Shown here: positions 28,530-39,689 of the stretch, piece by piece
Position numbering within the stretch: the first letter of the stretch is position 1
How the letters are laid out: every line of letters starts with the position of its first letter
Source: the human T2T-CHM13v2.0 reference genome, Homo sapiens
Strand: one strand, 5' to 3'
Assembly: GCF_009914755.1 (NCBI RefSeq)
Contig: NC_060927.1
DNA length: 64,000 nucleotides
The notes under the pieces: generated by a model
What the model saw: the letters and a program-made list of their open reading frames with translations, nothing else
Databases searched by the model: none
Told to the model about the DNA's origin: nothing
Position numbers and translations under genes: made by a program

Positions 28530-28706
28530 CAACTAAATATAAAAGAAATCCCTAGAGAAGATTCTATAGTGGAGTGGTTGAAAGTGCAAACTAAAGGCAG
28601 ATGGCTGCCTGAATTCTGTTTACTGCTAATATTTGTTTGCCTGACCTTGGGCAGGTCATTTAAACTTTTCTATGAAAAAAAAAAATACTAGTATTCAAAT
28701 AAGTTA
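28530..28706 (+). repeat. right arm of inverted repeat (overlaps MIR)
   Basis: Reverse complement of 27730-27904. Confidence 0.97.
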
Positions 28707-28782
28707 ATTCATATAAAACTTTTAGGACAGTGCTTTTCAAGTAGCAAATACCTAATAAGTGTAGGTGGTTTTATTGTTATTA
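28566..28782 (+). mobile_element. MIR
   Basis: AGTGGAGTGGTTGAAAGTGC...TGACCTTGGGCAGGTCATTTAAAC...TATAAAACTTTTAGGACAGTGC...AATAAGTGTAG...TTATTGTTATTA; continues beyond the IR arm. Confidence 0.75.
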
Positions 28783-29679
28783 AACCAGTACATATGCCGT
28801 GGGCAATGAAATACTCTCTGTGAATTTGTAGAACTATTGGTCTCTTTTTAAAATTCCCATTAAGTAAAACAATATTTGCTTCAATTCCTCCAAACATAAC
28901 CTTCAACTTAAATAAAGTGAAGCGTTTAGCTAAGGATATCTTTTTTTAGGATCTAGGTAGGTTGAGTCAATAGTCTAGCAGCCCTGTAGTCTCAGAAAAG
29001 AAGCAACTCAACTCCAATAAGGGAGGTTTAAGTTTGATAGTTTTGTGACCCAAAGGAACTTTCCTTCTTTGTTCCATTAAGCCTTGCCAAAACAAGTCAA
29101 CTGTCAGTCACCAGCAGGATTCTTACACACCCTGAGTAACATCCCTTCTTGTCATCTCCCCACTGTCTCTTATCATTCCAACTTCAATTCATATTGGGTA
29201 CATAAATGTGTCTGTAAATACATCTTTACACATATGGTACTATTTATATTAACTAATTTATTTACTCTTCGATGGCCTTTGAAAATTCATCCAGAGTTTA
29301 GGATGGCAACTCTGAACAGGTATATCTTCAATATATTTTTCGAGATTGATTATCATCTCAAAAATTTTCCTGTTTTTCTTCTTTATAGTAACAGATTCAC
29401 CTGAGCAAGATTTTATGAATGAGCATTGAGCATAAAAATAGGTACTGTAAAAACAGACTTAGAATAATTTGATAACATTTGGTTTTTGGGTTGGTTTAAT
29501 TAAAAATCTGTATTCTTTATTTTCTTCTTCACACTGTTCATGTATAATAATAATAATAAAATATAATTTCACTACTCATTCTTTCAGAAGTGCTTCTGAA
29601 CACTCTTTGTAATAATATTCATTTAAAGAAATCATAATTTTTATAAGGCCAAAATGATATTAAACTTTCATGATGAAGA

Positions 29680-29830
29680 AAAAAAGATATAGCTAAGTGT
29701 TCTAGAAACTGATAGCTTAGACTTGGAGAAACCTGGGTTCAATCCCAAAATTCCCACAACTGTAAATTTACTCAACTGTAATTGGGGACAATAACAATCC
29801 TTTTGATTTTTGTATGGATTGTTTCAGATA
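29680..29830 (+). mobile_element. MIR fragment
   Basis: AGACTTGGAGAAACCTGGGTTCAATCCCA...CAACTGTAATTGGGGACAATAACA. Confidence 0.55.
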
Positions 29831-30628
29831 TATTGGTTTAAAATGGAAATATTAACATGATTATTTCATTAGAAGAAGAATAGCACACATAACAGACTAT
29901 GCTGTATTTGGCATTTCAGTTTGTTTTTGATGAATTCTTTCAACTGTCATATTGGCACTAGGGCTGTTTTCCTTTCCCCATTAGGACAGAGCATTTTGCT
30001 TTTATATCAGGGCATCCCACCATGGCTAGGTCATTATTTAACCATGACCAAAGTTTGAAAATTATAAGCATGTGAGTCTTGGGCCACCACATTTTGCTTT
30101 GGTCATTAAGAGTGGTTTGTTGATGCTAATGTAGGGCACCCTGTGGTGGTGTTTTTTTCCCTTAGTCTTTGACTTCCTGTTTTGTAACATTTCACATGTA
30201 GAGCTAGAGTGATTAATTTTTTATGCAGTTGTTCTTATGTGCAGCATGATATGGTGGGTTCTATTCAATTCTCTAGTAGCTCTGCTGACACTGAAAGGTA
30301 ACTAATAGCGCGAGTGGGCCTCTCATGGCTCTGGGAGGTCTCCTGCGAAAAAGCAACAGACAATATCTTGTCACATCATAAATTCATAAGGAGTTAATTA
30401 AACGCTTTCCCTTGCATCTTAAACACATTCAGAGTCTCGTATCACAAGGAATGATTCCTGTTTAATTACCAATGGCCTGTGAAAATTTGCTGTTCAAAGT
30501 GTATTTTAATGCCAGGCAGATTATCAGTACAAATGAAAAACTGTACCTGGAAAATGTCCAAATAATATAAACTTGTACAAAACTATGTGCATATAGTTTT
30601 TTCTTAATTATTTGTGAAGAGAGGAACA

Positions 30629-30793
30629 TAAGCTAATTTTAAAACTTTGGAAACTGTCATTATATTTATGACTTTTAAAACATATTAAACTAAATATTGA
30701 TTTATAATACTATTTGCATTTTCTAGTCAGTACACTGTATTAATTGCTGTTTCAAATTATTTTAAAAAATAAATACATATTGTATAATTACAT
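30629..30793 (+). repeat. donor copy of local ~165-bp direct duplication
   Basis: TAAGCTAATTTTAAAACTTT...TTGTATAATTACAT recurs at 32319-32501 with scattered substitutions and small indels. Confidence 0.92.
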
Positions 30794-31669
30794 TGCCAGA
30801 AAATTATTGATCAATTTTAGAGACTTCAAGAAATGTTGTATGGGAATATGTTTCAATTCTGATATGAGACATTGTCAATTTTTATATATTTTGGGGAGAA
30901 CAGAACATGATAAAAGTCAGATTCTAACGTTGTGAGAAAAAATAAATTTTTAAAACCTGTTTGGATTAATATGGAAGAAATTTACCTTGAGGGACTCTCA
31001 ATTATTCCCCTTAGATAATTTATTTCACCTAATGTATAATGGATAATCTATTTAGGTGGTCTTATCAGAAGCCCTGAAACTGTTTGTAGTGATCTTAATA
31101 GATTACAGCCCTTCCACTGTAAAGTAAATAATCAAAATTATAATAAGTAACTATGATTCATGAGGAAGTCATTTCATGATTCAAAGGAATTTTTTTCCAG
31201 CAACTTACCATTCATTATTCAGATGTATGTATATGTTTATTCAAGCAGGTCTCTATTGAAAGATTGTAATTTACTCTGTAGTGAAGAGGAAATTATATTT
31301 CTACATTTATTTTAATTCTATTTCTCAAGTTTTTTTCTGGGGTCAAAATACAAAGTCTAGAAAAATTCTAATTTGATATAAAGCAAGTCTTAAAAATAGG
31401 TAGTATTATTAAGAATAACACTACCCTAATATTTTCAGGTCATTTATTTAGCACCTTTAATTATAATATGAAATATTTTTCACTTCCTAGACAGTTGTAT
31501 TCATGATAAGAGAATAAATGTGTTTATTTTTCCATAATTCAGGCCCTCTTTAAGCTCATTAAGCAAAATACTTGCCTATATTTGGAGATGGCAAACCTAG
31601 ATCTACTCTCCATTTTGAGGTACATTCACTTTTATGTATGCATTTCTGCTCTGTCTCAATCTGCCTTGT

Positions 31670-32015
31670 ACTGGCATAGGCAGGTGACATAGGCTGTAAT
31701 AAGTCCACGTTAGACTTTTTCAGAACAAAGCAAGAAGCAGACTTTGTGTGGAATTACTCTCTTGGCAATGTTGGGGGAAACACCAATTTTCAGAAACAGT
31801 GGCAGGCATCCATGTGTCCAGGGAGACATATGATGTCTGTGCTAAGGACTAGGAGTAGTAGTGACTTAGCTACAGCCATTGTAGGTATGGTATGAACTTT
31901 GATCCTGGCTGTGTAAGAGCCAAGCTTGACTGTGTATTTCCCAGAAATTCAGCAAGTTCCTAAATATTCTTCAATAAATTTTTTCTTAAATTGGCAAGAT
32001 TAGGTTCTGTTGAAA
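31670..32015 (+). mobile_element. ancient ERVL-class LTR fragment (LTR67B/LTR79-like)
   Basis: TCCTGGCTGTGTAAGAGCCAAGC...CCCAGAAATTCAGCAAGTTCCTAAATATTCTTCAATAAATT...AAATTGGCAAGATTAGGTTCTGTTG is a typical old LTR 3' end. Confidence 0.5.
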
Positions 32016-32318
32016 ACCGAGAAGTTTGTAGGAAAATTAACACTATATCTAATAATGGGCTGTTGGTCATATGGATTAACTATTACAGTTGATGTAGAAT
32101 GGCACCATCCTTGAGCATATACACCTCTGGTTAGAAACTAAAATTATTGCATTTTATCTTCATTTTTCCCAATTTGAAGAATGCTTCTTACAAAGCTTCT
32201 TAGGCAAAGTTATCACAAATTGTACTGCTCCACTTTCTGGTATGCATGAAATAGTATGTGAGGGAAAATAAAATTTCAAAACCTGCTAGGATTTTGAAGT
32301 ATGGATAATACTAATCCG

Positions 32319-32501
32319 TAAGCTAATTTTAAAACTTTTGAAACTGTCACTATAATATTTATGACTTTTAAAACATATTAAACTATAAAACTAAATATTG
32401 ATTTATACTATTTGCATTTTCCAACTAGTATATTCTATTAATTGCTGTTTTATGCTGTTTCAAATTATTTTTTAAATAAATACAAGTTGTATAATTTACA
32501 T
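32319..32501 (+). repeat. second copy of local direct duplication, within a complex insertion
   Basis: Matches 30629-30793; flanked by GTATGGAT-derived scrambled repeats. Confidence 0.92.
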
Positions 32502-32599
32502 GTATATAATAGTATGGATTTATAGTATCCATACTATTATGGATAATACTATGGACACTATACTATCCATAATATGGATAGTATGGATTTATTATGACT

Positions 32600-33258
<659 letters not shown>

Positions 33259-34514
33259 TTCTGTCCCTGCCCCCTCAAGCTCATATCCTTCTTATATACA
33301 AATATATTTCTTCCATCCTTATATCCTCAAAACACTTAACTCTTTCCAGTATCAACTCTAAAATGTAAAGTGCAAAGTCTCATCTAAATATCACTTAAAT
33401 CAGATATGAGTAGGTGAGACAGGAGGACAATTCATCCCGAGGCAAAACTCCTCCCCAGCTATAAACTTATGAAACTGGACAACTTTTGTGCTTCCAAACT
33501 ACAATGGTGGATAGGTTTGAATAGATATTCCCATTCCAAAATTGATAAATAGGAATAAAGGATGGGGTGATGAGTCACAAGCAAGTCCAAAACTTAGCAA
33601 ACCATATTTCGTCAGTTCTTATGGCTCAGGAAGAATCCTCTTTGGCTCAATGTTCTGCCCTCCAGGGCAATGGGGTAGCAGCACTCCCACCTGCTACTTA
33701 GTGGTGGCCCATCTTCCCCAGCTTCCTGTGAGGGCCCGGCCCTTTGAAATCAAACGGGAAGCAGCCTTATCCCTTGTCCTGTCCTGGGGGTGCAGCTCTG
33801 ATGATCTCTGAATTATGTCGTGATTCTTCTTACCTTTTCTTAAAGGGTAACACATGCTAGCAGCCTTTTTTTCATAAAGTTCTACTTTATCTGTTTCCTT
33901 CACTCCCAGCTAACAGTGTTCTACTGGTATAATCCCATCCGTATTCCTGGCTTCTACATAGGGGCTGATTAAATTCCTAGTTCACACTCATACTGATCTC
34001 CTTATCAAACTTTGAATGTTCTCCTCAGAACACATTTTCTAGTTTTTTGCAACACAGGTAAAGAATTTTCCAAACTTCAAGTCATGGTTTCATTTCGCTT
34101 AATAATTTCTTCTTCAATTCATCTTTTAGAAAAATGTTACTATAGGCAACCAGGCTACACTTCCAACATTTTGCTTAGAAATCTCCTTAGTTAATATTGA
34201 ATTCCATGACTCACAACTTCTATCTTGCACAAAACGCTGGTACAAAATTCAGCTTAGTTACTTTCCACTTTATTATAAGGATTGCCTTTCTTCCAGTTTC
34301 CAATAATCTATTCTGCATTTTCAATTAATACCTCACCACAAAGGCCATGAATGTGTGAATTTTTGACAAAAAATCTCTTGACATCATTTTCTATTTTTCT
34401 AGCATGCATCTTGAAGCTCTATCAGCCTCCAGCCATCCATCACCCAGTTCCAAAGCCATTTCCACACTTTTAGGTAGTTTTTACAGCAGCACCTCACTTC
34501 TTAGTACCAAAATC
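33259..34514 (-). mobile_element. MaLR internal region (MLT1A-int/MST-int)
   Basis: CAAAGTCTCATCTAAA, CATCCCGAGGCAAA, CTTCCAAACTACAATGGTGG, CCAGTTCCAAAGCCATTTCCACA...GCAGCACCTCACTTCTTAGTACCAAAATC (internal start in antisense). Confidence 0.85.
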
Positions 34515-35036
34515 TATCTTAGGGTTCTCTTAGGCAAGAAAAAAAATAGTTTATTAAAAGAAAATAGGTTACCTGATAAATGAAGGTAGCATGCCCCAAT
34601 ATCTGCAGTCAGCAAGCTGGGCACATAAGAGAGCCAATCATGAAGTTTTAGTCTAAATCCAAACACCTGAGAACCAGAAGAACTGATGGGATTTTTCCAG
34701 TCCAAATTTTGGTAGGCTCAAGATTCAGACACTGCCAATGTTTCAGTTTAAGTCCAAAGGCAAGGAAAGACTGATGTACTGGCTCAAGGCAGTTAGGCAG
34801 GAAGAGTTCCCTCTTAATCTCTGGGGAAAGTCAGCTTTTTGGATCTATTCAAGCCCTCAACTGACCAGGTGAGGCTCACGCACTTTAGGGAGGGTAATCT
34901 GCTTCACTCAAGTCTACTGAATCAGGTGTTAATCTCTTCCAGGAACACCCTCATAGACACATAGAGAATAATGCCTGGTCAAATGTCTGGACGCTTTGTG
35001 GGCCAGTCAAGTTGACACATAAAATTAATCATCACA
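34515..35036 (-). mobile_element. MLT2B-like (ERVL) LTR
   Basis: CCTGAGAACCAG, GTCCAAAGGCAAGGAAAGACTGATGT, GGGAGGGTAATCTGCTT, GGCCAGTCAAGTTGACACATAAAATTAATCATCACA (MLT2 5' end antisense). Confidence 0.88.
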
Positions 35037-35074
35037 GCTACCAATAAGGTATTTTCCTAATCATTAAAACATAC

Positions 35075-35375
35075 ACTGTGATTCATTTTGTTTGGGCTGA
35101 CTTGCCTTATGTTACCATCCCTAAACCAATCATTACATATGGGAAGATGGGTTTACACACACTGATAGACAAATCTGGGTTATGTTTAAACCCTCAAATC
35201 GATCACATTTGCTTAGGTGACTCATTTTACTTCCTGGCAAGGTGTTTTGCTTATTCATTTCCAACTTTTGAGCAGATGTTGGTGAAACCATCCCAAAATT
35301 GATGATATTATTTTTCCAATGGATATTCAGAATTCAGGGTGCTTTTTCCAAAAGAAGGAAGAATGGCAGGCAGAG
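35075..35375 (-). mobile_element. old MLT1 (J/K-like) fragment
   Basis: CCATCCCTAAACCAATCA...CAGGGTGCTTTTTCCAAAAGAAGGAAGAATGGCAGGCAG. Confidence 0.5.
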
Positions 35376-36134
35376 AATGCAAATTATTTCTCTGAATTGA
35401 AAGCTGATTATTTAAAATTTGTATTTTAACTGGTATATGAATTCACAAGATGCCTGAATGTCACGCTATACTATATATTCTGAATGAATTTCAATTGGCA
35501 TTAATTAACATTTATCACAAGTCATCTATGAGCAAAGGGCCTTTTGAGTTACAGTAACTTAGGGCTCCATGAATATGTTTTGCTCCCTATTATAATTGCT
35601 ATTCTGGGACATGAGAACTTGTCCTGTCATTTAAAAAGGAACAACACAAGTAACTACTTCAATCTTTGGATTCATATATAAAAAAGTCTCTCTGTGGGTC
35701 AGGAGTGCTATATATAGCACTCTGTCTGACTTAATTTGTCTGACTTAATACTCTTGTTAGATATGGCCTACTCTCCTTACTAAAAGTGGCTTAGTGCTGT
35801 ACTTCTTGTATGTGTATGAAGGAACACAGGAAAAGCGTTTCCTCCCACTCTAAGTCACTACTCTAATTCAAACATGCCTCAAGTGTTCTTAGTCTAAAAC
35901 CAAGGATGTTGGCAACTACAGCTTTTACCATTTTTTATCGCCCATTCTTACATAGGGATGTTTGTAAAGTCAATTTTAAAAATAAGATTGACTTTTTCTG
36001 TCGTATATTATTTCCATATAGATTTTTGTGCATTGACAAGCCAATTTATTTACTGAAATTTTTTGGAAGGCTTTTCTCTAAAATAAGTAAACATTGTGAT
36101 GGGTGGAAATCATACTTGTGTGATTAGCTGTCTG

Positions 36135-36519
36135 CAGCAGAAGCTGTTGGTGCTAGGTCTATATTACCTCATTGTAACTGTAATTGTCTTACCATTGTAG
36201 TGTTCACGGGACTTTCAGCTACCAACATTTGCATCTCATTGCCATGAAGCTTTCTTTGGTAGCTGGAACCCACTCAGCTTTGAACATGGACAGCAGCCAT
36301 ATCCAACATGCCTCCTCTTCTTCATCCCCAGTAATCGCCTTTCCCCCACTTTCAGAAGGCTAAACCGAATACTGGCAGAAGTTATTGCCAATTTCCTGCC
36401 TTTTGGGATATGGAATGGAACTCAGAGTTTCCAGTTTTCCACAGGTTTCCAGAATGTGCCATTGGCACTGAGTATAAGGGTAGCTTGCATAATAGCTCAC
36501 ACTTAATTGGCTACCCTTC
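36135..36519 (+). mobile_element. LTR16C-like LTR (partial)
   Basis: TGCAGCAGAAGCTGTTGGTGC...GACTTTCAGCTACCAACATTTGCATCTC...TAATAGCTCACACTTAATTGGCTACCCTT. Confidence 0.65.
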
Positions 36520-37022
36520 TGTGGTGGATTTAATAGTGTTCCACCAAAATTCATAGCCATCAAAAAACTCAGAATGTGATCTTATTTGTAAATAGTTTCG
36601 TAGATGTAATTAGATAAATATAGAACCATCCGTGTGGAGAAGAAAGTAAAAATGTAGTAAATCAATAAGAAAAGAAAAAAAAACCAACCAAACCAAAAGT
36701 AATTAGATACTTTGTGATGAGATCAAACTCATTTAGGATGGACCCTAAATCTAATGAGAGTGTTCTTACAAGAGACAGGAAAGCGTGACCAGAGACACAA
36801 GGAGGAAAGACCTGTCAATGAGAGAAACTGAGGTTATATTGCCACAAACCAAGGAATATCAGTATCAACCAAAATCTGAAAGAGATGGAGATGGATTATC
36901 CCCTAGAGCCTTTGGAGTGAGCGTGTCCCTACTGACACCTTGATTTCAGACTTTTGGGCTTCAGAATGTGACAAAATAAGTTTTTGTTGTTTTAAAACAC
37001 CAAAGTTGGGGAAACTTATTGC
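36520..37022 (+). mobile_element. MLT1B-like LTR with an 82-bp internal insertion
   Basis: TGTGGTGGATTTAATAGTGTTCCACCAAAATTCATA...CTCAGAATGTGATCTTATTTG...GGACCCTAAATCTAATGA...CTGACACCTTGATTTCAGACTT. Confidence 0.85.
36617..36698 (+). pseudogene. very short 5'-truncated retrocopy of unknown transcript
   Basis: Flanked by TSD GTAATTAGATA (36606-36616 / 36699-36709); ends in A-rich tail; not Alu or L1 sequence. Confidence 0.55.
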
Positions 37023-37633
37023 ACATCTGTGCTCAATTTTGGCATCTCTGTGTTGGCTAGATGATCTGAGTTGTCATCTACAGGGGAATATTCAAGCATT
37101 TTTAACAGTTCTTTCAATGCTTTTCCTCATATTTCTAAAAGCCAGGAAAAATGACATTGATGGCAGTGATGCCACAGGTTTTGGCTATAGCACCATCTGC
37201 CTGAGCCAAGTTTGCTGCTCTCAGAGTTTGTTTTAGAATAACAATTATTGTTGACTTCACACAGATCCAGGCAAGTGATCCATAGAGTGCCATCAATGGG
37301 TGGGCACACAAGAGAAATTTCGTTTTAGTCTATGCTGTGAAACACACTCTCCTAAATAAGGAGTAATTTTATTTTTAACATGTTTTCACATTATAAGTAA
37401 TGATATAATATTTTGGAGTTTTCAAATGCTCAGGAAACAGTTTTTAACAGTGATTTACTTTCTACCTTTTTGGTTGTTTATATGCATCAAACTCAATGTT
37501 CATATACTATAGCCATTCAAGTATGTCCCTATTTTTAAGTTTTTAATGTTTAGTTACTAGGTTTTAGTAACGCAGATTAATAAAAGTTTCTAAGGAAAGT
37601 TAAAATGCAGCAGAAGCACAGCATCTAATTTAG

Positions 37634-37956
<323 letters not shown>

Positions 37957-39189
37957 TAGAAATATTAAAATAGAGGTGAGCAAGTTTAAATAGCAGTTGT
38001 GTTTCAGACAGATATCACGTGAAACTCTCATGATTGACTCTCCCATGTGTTCATTTAGTCCCGAATGCCACCATCAAGTATTCACCATTTCAGTTGTTCT
38101 CAGCAGGTTCCATTTGGCTACTAAGAAGAAGAGTCAGTGAGAAGGGTTAATTAGCTCACAGATACTTTTTATGCAGCTCTAATTTTGGATAAAACTTTGA
38201 CTTTTTAAAACAGGAAGAATTGATTTCTAAACACAGAACACCATGACCCAGGATCAGGATTCTGGATTCGCACAGTCTTTTTGTTTCCTTTAAAATCATC
38301 AGCCATCTAAACCTGCCACTGAAGTTTTCCATTGTGTGTGGGGTAATGCCTCTTTCATGTTCTTGAATTTGCAATATTTTATTCTTTAATTTTAGATTAG
38401 GTGCATTATCAGTTTTAGGAAAAATCTAAAGTTCTGTGAAAATGTATAAGAATGTTTTCAGAACTTTAGCTTACATCATCTCTCTATTATCTATCTACCT
38501 ATCTATTTATATATCAGTCGATAGAACCGCACCTTACACACACATTTACACATGCAAAAACACCCACATATGAGATTTTAACCAATTTTAATAGAAAAGA
38601 TTTTGGTCTGTGTGTCAAATGCAGGGTGTTAAAAAATTTGTGAGATAATAGTAAGAAAAGACTCAAGACACATTTATGGTAAGCTTATTTTGAAGATATT
38701 AAATTTATGCAAATCATATAGCACATATAAAACAATTAAGTCTCCATATGCCTATCTGATATGATTTACCAAATATGAGATAGTGTACTATATGGCAAAT
38801 TTTCTAGATAACTAAGTTTCCCTTTAGTCTTATCTTTTCTAATTATTCTTTGTTTTAATAAAAGCTAAAAATTACAAGAATAAATGCTTGTAGTATAGAT
38901 AGGCTGATAGCTGAACATCTCAAATAGAGACACACTATTCTTGTATATTTTATACACAGAAAGTTAAATGGAAAGTTAAGCCACTATTAACATGTTAGAT
39001 AATTTATTTCTCCTTATAGACCTGTAAAATATTTGAAAGATTTAGGTAATAATATTTAGATATAATTGCTGGTCCTTAGAATTAAACCATGCCTTAATTT
39101 GTTGTATTAGATTAATACTCTCCATAAGAATCTCTAGTTGAAAGTTCAGCTAGGGCTATTGACAGGAGTTGAGTAAAAGTTATGAAAGT

Positions 39190-39514
39190 TTTTTGTCTTT
39201 TTTTGTTTGTTTGTTTGTTTGTGTATTTCTTTTGAGATGGAGTCTCACTCTGTCACCCAGGCTGGAGTGCAGTGGCGCATGATATTGGCTCACTGCAATG
39301 TCCGCCTCTCGACTTCAAGCAATTCTCCTGCCTCAGCTTCCTGAGTAGCTGGGATTACAGATGTGTGTCACCACCCCCGGCTAATTTTTGTATTTTTAGT
39401 AGAGACGAGGTTTCACCATGTTGGCCAGGCTGGTCTCGAACTTCTGACCTCGTGATCCACCTGCGTCGGCCTCTCAAAGTGCTGGAATTACAGGTGTGAG
39501 TCACCGCGCCCAGC
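39190..39514 (-). mobile_element. AluSg-like
   Basis: GGCTGGTCTCGAACTTCTGACCTCGTGATCC; (TTTG)n tail. Confidence 0.93.
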
Positions 39515-39689
39515 TCAAGTTTGTTTTTAAGTCAGTAACACACAGTTGTATTAGTCTAAATCTGCAGTCCATAACACGCAAACATTTTCTTCTTTCATTT
39601 TCCTTAATTAATAATATTTTATCTTCCTATTTACTTATTAATAGGCTAAAGCCTTCCCCAATCTCAACCTCAAAGGTACACATTTTTTA

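Noticed and set aside
27730-28706. Inverted arms as terminal inverted repeats of a DNA transposon or MITE
   Set aside because: No TSD; the right arm is part of an ancient MIR that continues beyond it, so the arms are a local duplication
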